From the NCBI GenBank assembly GCA_010909165.1, contig VJWM01000007.1:1-64000 (forward strand): a DNA stretch of 64,000 nt, read 5' to 3'. The notes under the pieces were generated by a model. The model was not told the DNA's origin, did not search any database, and saw nothing but the letters and a program-made list of their open reading frames with translations. This document shows positions 1 through 12,200 of this stretch, piece by piece. The stretch is from Anthoceros angustus. Taxonomy: Eukaryota; Plantae; Anthocerotophyta. The translations under genes were made by a program, and so were the position numbers. Positions within the stretch are counted from its first letter, which is position 1. Each line of letters opens with the position of its first letter.

Positions 1-3000
1 GGGGTCCCAACTCTCCCAGGGATTCGGGATTACTACTACATTCCCGGGCTGTCTGGTCCAGTACCCTTCCAAGTCCTGGGACCCCAGCCTACTCTCTCCC
101 GTGGGAATTCAGGTCCTGTGACCGGCTCCAACTCTATATTTCCGGATCGGTTGGTTTCCTCCTTCCTCCACACTCCTTGCTACCTTTCAATCACTCCATG
201 ATTGGTTCTGTTGTCTTACTCTCCAAACCGGTTGTGTTGGCGCGTCCAGCTCCTCCACCGGGAGGCTCTTTCCCACTTGTTGCTAAACCGCCAGGGGCCA
301 TCCAAGGCTTTTATCAACTGCCCTTCCGTCATGTCTCGGATTCATCCGGGATTCGATGAAGCCGGGAAGCTTCAATGCCTCACTGATTTCTGGGCTGCGG
401 CCCATTTGCCGGACTGGGGCTACCGAGATCCCTTCCGATTCTTTGGATTACCTTTTCCATGCTTTGCCCCGCCACAAATACTCCTCGCCATGGGTGCTCT
501 ACAGGCTCTTCTCCGCTTGCCGGTCCCGTCCCGGTTGAGTCTCATTTGGGCAGGCGGTCTTCGCGAGGCCACGAGGGAGCCTCTTTCTTCTCTTGAGCAA
601 TAACCTTCCTGATACTCACACTCCGAGCTCCGTCGTTTCGCTGATTGCCGACACACGCCATGGCACAGGAGCTCTTACGCCTTTCCAAATGCCTTTGGAC
701 GATGGCTTCTTCCTTTTCGCTTGACTCCATGGCAGAACCACTGCTCCATTTTGTTCGGATTCCTTTTTGATACCATCATGCGCTTCGGATGTACCCGTGA
801 TTTCACTTCAGCGCTTCATCGAGTTCTTTCTGGCCATCTACGGCGTCTGCCCTTGTTTCATCGAAGCCTTACCTCCCGGTCCGCCCTTTCTCGCTCTATC
901 ACGGTTGAGTGCTGATCGCGATCCGCCACCCTGGAAAGAATTCTTTGCCTGGGTCCTAATTCTTGCACCGGCTCAAGGTTCTCTTGGCCGGAAATCAGCC
1001 TTCCATATCCACAGCGCTCTTCCGCTTTACGGGCAAATGAGTCGGAGATCCTCCATCTCACTTACTTGCTGGCCCATCCTCGCCTCCCACTCGGACCCTA
1101 GCACCTTTCACGATATTTCGCACCGAGGCTAGCATGGCCGGTCTTGCACCTCACCGCTTCCCACAGGTTCGGTCGCAGTGCAGTCAGTCGGTTTTAGCTC
1201 CACCATGACTCCCCTTCCCAATCAGAGGGTCATGGTCATGCAAGGTGCCCGCCTTCACAGGTGGCCGTGTTCCGCCTTCAACCGCCTATGCTGAAATGAC
1301 GCCCTCTCCTGCCCTCCACGGCCTCCTGCACCTTGCTTCAGACCCGCGCTGCCTCATACTGGGAGATGTGACTCATGACGTGCCTGTCGGTTCTCGGCAC
1401 AAAGGGGAGATGGTGGGGACTTCACTCCTGGCAAGGTGGACCCCTGGACCTCAGATTGCCTCCGGCGCTTTCCCTCTCAATTGAGCCCAGCGAGGGTCGC
1501 CCTTCGGGCTTCTTTGCCTCTGGGCACGCTTCCTGCCACTCGCCTGCAGAAATGATTCTCAGGCACCATCGCAACTTCCTGTTGCCTCCGAACCTTCTCT
1601 CTCACAGGTCCGCCAAGACCCCGAGCATTACCCGTCCATGGTCTCGACCTCAAAACTCCCGCCCGTGTCTCTTCCCCAATGCGCCCAGGCACCGGTCCCG
1701 TCGTGGGTGCAGGCATCTCCCGGAGTCATGGACCGCCATACACATGATCGGGCCTATCCGGTTGAACTCTCCGATTAAGCATCTTCAAGGGACCCACTTA
1801 GGCTTGAGGAGTCCCGAGCTCACCTTCCTGGCCTCTTGGCCTTACCTTCTCCGCCTCTTTCTCCGGGCTCGAGGTGAGGGAGTTGAGCTAGCACGCTTCC
1901 TCTCCCACGTCGGAGAGCAGGAGCTCCGATGGTCGGCCGCCATGGGCCCCTTGGGCCGCGCCCTCTCTCGGGACGCCTCCTCTTCACTCCGTTGCAAGAG
2001 TGCAGGCAGCCTCGGGGCGCCTGCTTGGTGGGAGCCACCTTCCGCCTGATCACCGCTCGCTGAATCAGCGTGGCTCCGCCGAGTTGTGGCGGGCTGCCGG
2101 GCAGCGCGCCGCCAGCCCTCCCTTCCCGCAGTGCACCCGCCGCTCGCCCGGCCTCCCGAACTGTATGAGGAGGCGGAATATCCTCCCATACCTCGGGGCG
2201 AGCGTCTACCGAATGGAGTCCGAATCCTCCCAATCATCTTCTCCTGACCTGCTTGGCCTTGGGCCGGGCTCGCCTGCGCCTCACCTTCCCGCCTCCGCCT
2301 CCCAGTGCCGCCCTTCCAAGCGCCGCCTCCTCTCCCTCCTTCAGGAGGTTGAGGTGGCCCCACACATGGATGAGGAAGGGGGACAACGCTGAAGGAGGCG
2401 GCTTCTCACTCCGTAGCTTCCTGGCTTCCTGACTGATCCAAGCGAGGATGATTCTTCCCCAATCGGCCCGTTTGCCTCGCTAGAGGGCGTGCAGGAAAAC
2501 CAACAGATTGTCACCAAGGTGATCCACCTTGGTGAGCATGTTCCAATGGACAATGACCTTAGCCACTGCCCTCACGCGCCTATCGGTGGGTCCGACATCA
2601 TGACCATTGGACGACCGGGTCCTCCAAGCCTCGGCAGCCTTCTTCACCTTCCTCTCACCTTGAGGGGCTCTGGAACTACACCCCAATCTCCTCCAGGCGG
2701 TTGTATACCTCCCTCGGGACCTCCACGGTCCACCTCACAGGTCCTCCTTAGGCTCTTGGCGTACCTCCTTATTAGCTGCCGGCATCTTCTGGCGTATTCA
2801 CACAGGCGTGATCTTGTCAAGCGTCCAAGCGCTCGAAGATGTCAGGTGCCACTTCTCCACGAGTCCCTGCCTCCAGCAGGTCAAAGTAGGATATCTCGGG
2901 TGGCGATGTTGCGCTCCACGAGCGAGCTCCCACACTTCCGCCAGCCTTCTTGGGTCCCATTGCCGCCTTCTTTCTCCCGTAGGCGATTATGCCGCGATAA

Positions 3001-3399
3001 GGCGCTCCCTCTTCGCGTTCTGCTCCAACCACGAAGGTGAGCCGGGTGCACTGGGTGCGAGATAAGCGCGGGCGGGGGCGGGCCAGAGGTGCGAAAATCG
3101 TCGCGAGGTCACAAGAAATGGTCTACCCTCCGAGCGCGGCCGGGAGTAGTCGCGGAGGCGGAGTGTCCCGCCGCTGCCGTGGAGGTGCGCATGGCCTACT
3201 CCGCCTTATGCTTCCGCTTACTCACCTGCATGCGTACTCTAACCTTACGCGCGTACTCTAACCTTCGCCAGGCTGTACTCGGGCCAGGACACCTATAGCA
3301 GCCCTTTGGCAAACCTGCAGTCACAGTACTGCGCATGCCGTCCTCCTCTAGTACCGTCCTGTCTAACTTCCGCTCCAACTTCTAAGTTACTTTACTTGG

Positions 3400-3649
3400 C
3401 GTACTTATCCCGTTTTGACCCGGAGTGGGGTCCGAACTTATCCCGATACTCCGGTGCGTAGTCCGGAGGTCCTCCGGAGTGGGCTCCAGGGTCCGTTACC
3501 TACCCGGGAGTCCGGAGTGCAGTCCGGAGTACAATCCGGAGTACCGTCCGTGCTTCTTCCTCCCTTTCTGCCTTATTTTACACTCCATACCTACGAAAAA
3601 AAACAAACCCAGCTTATTTCCTAACCCCAAGGAGAGTCCGTTGTGCACA
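3400..3649 (-). mobile_element. Inverted fragment homologous to the first ~250 bp of the Athila-like LTR
   Basis: Reverse complement begins tgtgcacaacggactctccttggggttaggaaataagctggg...gtaggtatggagtgtaaaataagg, matching the LTR starts at 7689, 14276 and 15277 (tgtgggctacggacttcccttggggttaggaaataagtgggg...). Similarity is lost below ~3400. Confidence 0.7.
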
Positions 3650-5849
3650 CTAGGCGTCATCGGTGGCCTTGTCGGATCGGGAAGAAATGGGTGACATCGG
3701 AGCTAGCATGCTCTGCATTGCTAGTGTCCGCCTCATGTGTGGACACGGGTGGGCGAGTTTTCGATCTTTGGGAGGGTGAGCTTCGAGCAAGGTAGCGGAA
3801 GAGGGGAAATCAAAGCGTGGGGGCGGATCTGAGCCGGTGCGGGATCAAATTTGATGATAAAGCCAATGCATGCGACCAATTGGAGAGTTTTCGGGCATGC
3901 CTCGAAGCGGTGAAAGGATTATCTTGTCTGCGGAGAAAGTGATTCAAAGGCGAGTTGACCGTGGCGGCATGGCGTGGATAGCGAAGGCCAAGAAGTTGAA
4001 TGTCATCCGACACATTTTGCTGAGGTGCAATTCATTTGAAGTTGAGCGAGAACGGGCACTCAACACGGAAGATATAGCGAAATTTCAACGGTGTTTGATC
4101 ACATTGTAAGTACATTATTTGTCCCACAGTTAGCAAGTCGCAAACTAGTTTGCGCACTTTCGTCTTCATGTTGCACTATGAGCGTCTCCATCTGTCGGAC
4201 GAAAGCGGTGAAGAGTACAAAGAGAAGATGATACCCGATAGCTTCAAAGAGCACATCAATGCGGCAAGAAATTGGAAGAGGGTGGAAGATTTGCGAGAGG
4301 TGGGAGGAAGACAACGCAAACTAGACATTTTCCATGTTCGAAAAAGCAAGCAAAGGTCCGTTACCGGTAATAAGCGGTGATATTCGTGAAATGGCTGCCT
4401 ACTTGGGAAAAGAGAATACAAAATTTGTTGGTCGTCGATTTACCAAGGGGCAATTTATCGGAGACATGGGATAAGGAGATGACATGTGAGGATATGGAGA
4501 AGATAATGGATGGATTCATGACAATCACCAATGATAAGACTTTCCGTGATATTCATGCATGGACGGACCGGATCACGGGATGTCAAAATGCCGAAAATGG
4601 TGTGAAAAGGGGGTTTATACAATGGCAGGAGAAAGACAATTTGGTCTCGGACGAGGACTTTCTGAGGCTAAGTACATGGCATGGGGTATGGTGTTCACCC
4701 AACTGTTGAAGATATGAGGAAGTGCGGTGCATTGTCCAATAGTCGGCGAGATTGGAGCAATGCTGCGTTTATTCGACATAAGCGCGATCGTGAAGAAACT
4801 TTTGAATGTGTCCAACGATGGCCATGTTGTTTCTCCTTACCAAAAGCCAATAGGGTTGATGGTCACGCTATCGACCTATTCACGAGAAGAGGGAATGGGT
4901 TATAGATGGATGCTCGGGAAGCGGGGGGAATACTTGCGGCATTCTTTGGAAGGAGGCTGTATTGCTGTTGACCAAACGAGAGCACAATATTCATCGAGCA
5001 GTATTACAGGCCATGAAGTGTTTCCTAGACGAGGAAGAGTTGACCACCAAACCACACTGGTGGACATCCGGTTTTGCCAAGAGATGGCGGCGGGGGTCAG
5101 TTAAGCCCGGGGCACGCACTTGGTTCAAGGAACATGCGCACCCATCGACCTTCAAGACTTGAGTCAATCACGGGGCCCCGGAAGAAGGAAAGATGGCAAA
5201 AGGTCGGAAAACCCTAAGAACCCGAGAGGAAAGAAGTGCGAGACCGAGAAGCGACCCTACTTGGGACAACCAACATCTGAGCGTTTGGGTTTGGCGTCCC
5301 AAGGTGGAGAAAGCCATATCTTCCTCTTGCTATTTACGATCCATAGCAGGCTGCGGAGGCTATGACATCATCGTCCTTGGGGTCCGATGCCCAAGGAACT
5401 CTCGGCGAGGGTAGACTATAGGAAAGACTCCTGGGTTCTCTGTTTGGTGTCAAACTCATAACAATATCCCAAGGAAGAACTTGCACAGCTTGTAGGCGGA
5501 CCCCAAAGCGATTGTACGTGGCGGCGGATCGATGACTTGAGTGAGTTAGAGTAGGAGGATGATGGATTAAGTTGAAGGCGTTGAGGAGGATGATGAGTGG
5601 AATGATGAGTAGAGGATTAGAGTGTAGGTAATAGTGGAAGGCCTGGCGGAGCCTAAGGGGCCAGATCTGATGCGCAGCAAGCCTCTCCCATCGTTGGAGG
5701 AGCTAGTCTTGAGGTGGGGACAAAATCGCCCGGGCGTGGGTCGGGGGTCTTTGGGCCTTGGTGGTGGACTCCTTTGAGGGCATGACTACCCTGGGTTGTG
5801 TGTTGTGTGTTGTAGGTCGGGAGTTGGTGATTCGGGCGGTGTCGTGCCG

Positions 5850-6398
5850 TGTGATACTAATCTCTGCACTTGGGTTTAGTGTTTGATTAGCATTAATTAA
5901 TCTAATTACTTATCTTTAAGTAAGTAATTAGTGTTAATTAATCTAAGATGCTTATGTTAATTAAGCATTGATTAGTGTTAATTAATCTAAGGTGATTATG
6001 TTAATTAAGCATTGATTAGTGTTAATTAAACATGGTTAGCAATAGCTAAGTGGATAAGCTCAAGTATGCTTGGCATATTCCTTGCATATTATAGTGCATT
6101 CTTAGAATACAATAGCTAAGCTCAAGTAATATGCTTTGGCATATTCCTCGCATATTATAGTGTATTCTTAGGATATTTCCGCATATGATGCCAATATATC
6201 TTAGAATATGCCATGCTGTGGTCTAGTATATATAGACCCTTCCATTGAGGACAGTTCGCATCATAGCTTGTCCTCAGATATGCAATGCAAGAGTGCCAGT
6301 GAGGAGGCCAAAGCTATGACTCCGAGAGCGGCGTGAGAGGCGTCTCTGTGGGAGAGTGTGTTTGTGCCACGACGTGCCAGCTACCCTCCGTTGTTACA
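5850..6398 (+). repeat. Putative 5' LTR of the outer gypsy element
   Basis: Starts tgtgatac and ends tgttaca; AT-rich with internal subrepeats (gattagtgttaattaatctaa); clearly similar to 22355-22912. No canonical PBS seen after it. Confidence 0.7.
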
Positions 6399-6814
6399 AG
6401 CTATGATCTCGTGTGTGTACATTAGATAGGGCTGCATAGGCGGCTTAGGCGATGCTGCTAGGCTATGCGGCTAGCCTAGCCCAGGCGAGGCTAGGCGAGG
6501 CGACGCCTAGCTCTTTAAGCAAGCCAAGTCCAAGGCCAAGGAGAGGAGGCGGGAAGCCCAAGTCCAAGGCCAAGGAGAGGAGGCAAGCCCAAGTCCAAGG
6601 CCAAGGAGAGGAGGCGAAGGAGCCCAAGTCCAAGGCCAAGGAGGAGGAGGCGGAAGCCCCACCAAGGAGAGGAATGACCTCCAAGGGAGGTGGCCTTTTA
6701 AGGCCAACCAACCAAGGGAGAAACAAGAGTATTTTACTCTTGGGCCTGATTCCAAGGGATAAGGAGAAGTGGATAGCATGGGTATGTCATCACCCATTTG
6801 ATTTCACTTTCTAA

Positions 6815-6882
6815 AAGTCCTCCTGGTTGGCACCCCATCCAGTATCGATCCACCCCACGGTGCTTAACTTTGAGTTCTTATC
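6815..6882 (-). other. 5S rRNA-derived segment (Pol III box A/box C-like), resembling a Cassandra/TRIM LTR
   Basis: Reverse complement gataagaactcaaagttaagcaccgtggggtggatcgatactggatggggtgccaaccaggaggact aligns by eye to the plant 5S core ATCAGAACTCCGAAGTTAAGC...GTACTAGGATGGGTGACCTCCTGGGAAGTCC. It lies within a TG...CA bounded stretch, 6785-6909. Confidence 0.65.
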
Positions 6883-7289
6883 TTTGCTATCCAACTCACC
6901 CAACTCACAGACTATGTAGCCGCAGAGTATTTGTATGCAATTTAACATGCATAGATACTTAGAGGTTTCACTAATCACGATCTAAGATAGCGGGTGTGTT
7001 AACCTTGATTAAGGGTTTGACCTAGCCACTAACCGCCTGCATGCTGGACACACTCGATCCGGAGATACCAACCAGCAAGTCCATCGAGGCGAATTGAGTC
7101 CCGACCAGAGAGAAGTCTCGAACACCTCGATTTTGGTACCAATGAAGGACACGGAGGAACCCAGCCACAATCAACAATCTTTGAAGGATGCATGGTGGCA
7201 ACACACAAGACACGTTAGTCTGCGGGACAACTCGGTGGCGGCAGGAGGACTTGTCTTTGGAGTCGTCAAGATGGGAGAGACAAGGATCG

Positions 7290-7688
7290 AATGGAGTTGT
7301 TCACAGGAGCGGGCACCTTGCCCTTTGGAGGACTTCATCGAAATGCAGTTTGTGTGCGGAGATGGAATTGAAGGCCGGATACAGGCGATCTGGCTTCATC
7401 CAAATGCAGTACTTGGGGATGAAGCATTGGCGTGCTATGAGCGAGCGAGGTTGTTGGCGGCACGGAGGACCAGTGAGTGGCAGTTCAAGCTCGTAGGAAC
7501 CAATCGAATGACGGTGGCACCAAGTGGGCACGATCCCATCAGAGATGTTTGACATCTTTGGAGTTTCCTGCAACACGGATGAGAAGATCTCGGTGACACA
7601 CTTCAAAATGAAGTCGGTGAGGCTACGAAGATGGCTTACCGAAGATCGACCCAGGTTGATGTACGGACACCAAGATCATGGTAATGAG
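7290..7688 (+). pseudogene. gag N-terminal part of the outer element (frameshifted), cut by the nested insertion
   Basis: Gag-like pieces LEDFIE, LGDEALACYE and W-x-FK; gag resumes after 16456. Confidence 0.55.
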
Positions 7689-8888
7689 TGTGGGCTACGT
7701 GGACTTCCCTTGGGGTTAGAGGAGTACAAGTGGGGTTTTGTTTTTTTTGTAGGTTGGAATAGTAAAATAAGAGGCGGAAAAGGAGGAATAAGCACGGATG
7801 GCGCTTGGGAGACTTGAGTAAAGCAGACCACTCCGGACTAAAGCGGACACTCGGAGTAAAAGCAGGAGCAAGTCCGGACTACCTCGAGAAGGAAGACGGA
7901 CCACGAGGTCCGGACCCCGAGACAAGGTCGGACCTAGCCGGCGGACTCGGGGAAATAAGCGGACTCACGAAGTTCGGGGTCGAGGCGGCTCGGTCAGGCT
8001 GCGGCGATGAGGAGGGCCGACTTCGCTAGGGAAGCGAATGGCCGGTGGCCCCCGTGCGAGGACCGAGGAGGCGAGGGAGGATGGCGTCGTAATAGCAGCG
8101 GTTGTCGCCGCCGGTAGCCAACAGCGGGATTAGGGAGAGAGGAGGCCCGCCTCACGGATCATCGATTGGGGCGCCTGGCTATCGGGACGGAGATTGGACC
8201 ACCATCCGGCGGAACCCGAATCTTTCCACCGAGCGAAGGAGATAGGGAGGAAATAGGATGGTAGGCGGCCGATTAGGGCATCTTGGCTAATCGCTCGAAT
8301 AGGGGTGTAATAAAGGCCGACCTTGGGCGTAGTATAAGAGGGGCCGCTCTAGTAAAGTATCTTTCTCTTGGTGTTGATGCTGCGTTCTTGCGGACCCTTG
8401 GGCGTCTTCTTGCTACGAGTCTGAGTCTGACGGCACGGCGACTCGGGATCAAGGTCTGGTGACGGACTTAAGCGTGTGGTGGTGTGTGCGGGGAAGGGGC
8501 GAGGACCCTTGTTCGTCAGGCGGTCCAACGTCGGCGGGGAGCGTGTGAGCCGGAGGTACTCGGGAGGGTGTCTGCGAGCCGGACGGAGGCAGCGGAGCAA
8601 CGTAGGAGGTCTGTGTAGCCACTTGCGTTCTTTTCAAGGTTGATAAGTGTAGAGAGGCGATGAGGCAGATGAAAAGCAGTGACGAGCGGGCGCAGCGGGT
8701 CCTTAAGCGTTTTGGCCACACTGTCGGTGAAGCGTTATAAATAGGCTGGGTGTGATTGAGTGTGTTAAGGTGAAGTGGACCCAAGAAAGGTGAGAATCGG
8801 TGACGCAAGCAGCTATTCTCTTGGAGCGGACTCCATACCACAACGACAGGATTGTGCGCGCCCGGTGTCCATCGGAAGTCGCGCCACA
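7689..8888 (+). repeat. 5' LTR of the Athila-like element
   Basis: tgtgggctac...gtcgcgccaca; colinear with 15277-16456. Confidence 0.88.
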
Positions 8889-8891
8889 TTT

Positions 8892-8903
8892 TGGCGCCGT
8901 TGC
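8892..8903 (+). promoter_or_regulatory. Primer-binding site, tRNA-Asp type
   Basis: tggcgccgttgc 3 nt after the LTR end; matches the first 12 nt of the Athila PBS TGGCGCCGTTGCCGGGGA. Confidence 0.8.
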
Positions 8904-9259
8904 GGAATGAAATCGTTCGTAGCAAGCGTGGATGCGTGGGGCGTGAGGTAGTTAAGACGGTGCTAAGAGAGCCGGACGTTGATGCCGGGCGCTCCGGCGC
9001 GAGCACGTGAAAGACGACGAGCTCGGCGAGGACACCCACGGGTAAGCGGTGGACTTGTCGGATCGTGAGGAAGAAGTAGCACCACGCCGGGAAGTAAGGG
9101 GCGGTTCCTCAAACTTTGCGGTGACGATGGCAACAACGTCGACCAAACAATACTCCTCTTTGGAGGTAAGAAGGAGAGAGAAACCTTGTGGAGGATTTCG
9201 TGTCGCGAACTTCAATGGGAGGATCGGATGCACGACTCATCCAATTTGTTCCAAGGGGT

Positions 9260-12200
9260 CCTTCAGCGGGGGCGGCTCGGTGGAAGAAGTATAACCCAGA
9301 ATGCTCGCAACCTTGAGCGTTGAAGGATGCCTTCTTGGAACGATTCCGTGGAATTGACCAAGAAGGCTTATCAAACTCGAGAACAGCGAGGCAAGAGGAG
9401 AAGTTGGGATCGTACATCGAGCGGTTCTACGCGAGATCGACACCACCCACACCACCATGCAAAGGTGGTCGTTGGTTCGCTGGCTTACCTAAGCCAATGG
9501 CTAAACACGTCTTTGTTGGCGAAAGATGTGAGCAAGGCGGTCCGGCGGAGAATTACGAAGAATCGATGCACCAAGCGGCGGGCGCCTCTGAGGAAAGAAG
9601 AAGAAGAAGCGGGGTCGGACTCAAGATGAAGAGTCCTCGGAGGATGATGAGGCGAGGTGGCATCGGAGGAGGAGGAAGAGGACTCGAGGAAGAATCAGGA
9701 TGCCATGGAAGAAGAAGAACCTCGTCGAAGAAATAAGAAGAAAAAGCCCGTGGTGAAGCGGAGGGTGGAAAGAAGGAGGTTATGATACCGGTGCGAGAGG
9801 TTCCGACCCAACTCCGTTAAGAAGTAGCGGTGAGGAAGATTTGGAGCGGTGATGAAGAGGGTGGAGGAGTTGACGATCAACCAAGTGAAGGACAAAAGCG
9901 GCGGAAGGCGGCCACCAGTTCGAACCCATGTGGTGTGCGGTATGCCACCGATGGGCACTCAAAGTGCCCCTCCGGACCCGTGAACCGGGTGAAACGATTA
10001 TGGGAGGAGTCGAGGAATGGGAGGATGCTTACCAAGTGCAAGAAGCACCCGGGCGCTATCCCGATGTATCCAGGCGGAGGTCCATCCATACACCGCCTCC
10101 GCAACCCCGAATGGGAGGACCACCGAATCCTTGAGTGATGGTCTCTGGGCTGGGAACCCGGGCACTACTCCAACGCCGCCCATATCCCACCGCAAGGTAA
10201 TGGAGATTTTGAGCGTTGTGTGGGGATTATGGCGGTGGGCACATGGCGGGCGGTACCTTGTGTCCTCGTTCAAACGGTGCGCTCGCCACTCCCAGGGGGC
10301 CACCACGCCTCCCCCTAAGGCTGCGCCCGGCTACAAATTGAGGATGGCAGTGGCGGAGTGGGAAGAGGCGCCAAGGGACTTGGAACGGAGTGGTACGGCG
10401 AGGAGGAGAAGGCGGATCAGGAGTCTTGGAAGTGTCAAGCGCCGGAAGGAGGAGAGGAGGCGGTTTAAGAGGAAGAAAAATGAAAAGACGGATACGGAGG
10501 GCGGGACACACCAAGGAGGCAACTCCAGCTAAGGAAGGAGAGTTAAATCGACAGCTCGCGGAGGCCGCGGTCGAAGCCTCCGGAAGCGTTGGGAGCGGAC
10601 CCACCCAAAGCAACCTCGGTTTCCACCGGATGTGGCCCGAAGTGGCGGAGATGCTTGAGGAAGAGATCCGACAGACCGGAGTGGTCCGACCACCACAGTC
10701 TTGGCGAGGCTGGAGGACTCGAGGCGGCCGTGCCAAGGAGCCACACCTTTCAAGGTGGCCACGATGATGGATCAACAACATTTTGGTAACACGAGGCGTT
10801 GTTAAAGACAACCCGGTATCGGAGGCCATCAGGAGACACAACCACGAAACCCCTTGAGTCGAAAGGACAAGAATGTGGAGGTAAGGGTAGTGTCTCATAC
10901 GGACCGGCGCCCGATGGTTCGAGAAATTGCGGGGTGTGATCAAGAAGCACCTCTGGATACGGGGTCGAGTGAACCTCATCACGGAAGCCACCGCCGAGGC
11001 GGTTGGGGTTCACGCTTTGAGCCATCCACCAAAACCCTTCCGGATGGCGGATATGTCACGCGCGCCCGGTAGAGTTGTCCGAGTCCAAGCCACCATAGCG
11101 GAGCCCCTATACATTGGACTTGTGGTCATCAGACCGCGGACCTGCAGGGTGAGTGCTGTTGGGGCGTCCGTGGCTCGGGCTTGCTGACAAAGTTACACTT
11201 GGAAGGAAATCCACTTCAAATGGATTGGGATCCGAAGGTCGAGAGGAAGGGTGGCGCTCACTTGGAGTAAGGATACATACTGTGGGGAAACTGTGAGCAC
11301 CACAGAGGGGTACACCTCTGCCGAGGATAGTACGGATGATGAAAGGGAAGACACAGACGACGCCTACCCTTTCCCCAAAATCACATGGTCAGAGGAGGAG
11401 ATGGATTACCGGAGGGATGCCTTTGGAGCGGAGGTGGACGAGGAGGTCGTCGATTGCTTCCGGGTGGGCGCGACAGCAGAACAAGAGACGGGGGGCGGCA
11501 GTGAAGAAGAGGGTCCAGCAAAAGATGAAGAGGTGGGGACCGGGGAAGTAACCCGCTTCACCTCGGACGAACTCTTCAGAGAATGGGGGATGCGAGAGGA
11601 CGATCCCGAGTGGAGGAGGGGCGAGGTTTGGGCGGCGAGGCGCAGGAGCAGGGGCGGTGAGAACGGACGTGGAAGAAGTGGAGGTCGGCCAGGCAAATTC
11701 AAGTTTAAAAAGGTATGCCTCCGGACTGAAGGAAGGACTAAAGCACTTGGGGAGTTTTAGGTGTTCGCCTTCAAGGTCACGGACATGAAGGGCATTAGAA
11801 GAAGTGGGAGAGCATAAGATCGATTTGAAGCCGGGCGGTGCCGGTCCGAATCCGACAAGCTCAACCCCAAGTATTCGATCAAGGTGAAGGAGGTCCTTGA
11901 TAAGTACACAGGCGGACATCATTTTTCGTCCACAGAGTGGGTGGTGGTCCCAAGCAGCCGGGACAAATTCGGGTATGCCAAGATTGGAGGAAGCTCAACG
12001 CCGCAGCGGAGAAGGACCACTTCCGATGCCATTCGTGAGCGACATTTTGGACAAGGTGGTGGACGGACTACTTACTCCTTCCGATGGCTACTCGGATACA
12101 ACCAATTGCACCTAAGAGTCGGGGACAAGACGACCTTCACTACAGTGAGCGTTTGCCTACAAGAGAAGTGCCTTTGGGATGGCCGGAGCGCCGGGTCGTT

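Noticed and set aside
6452-6814. Lys/Glu-rich ORF
   Set aside because: Arises from a short caagtccaaggccaaggagaggaggc tandem repeat; open on both strands.
6815-6882. Functional 5S rRNA gene
   Set aside because: Only the central ~70 nt resemble 5S, with many substitutions; the 5' and 3' stems and the T-run terminator are absent.
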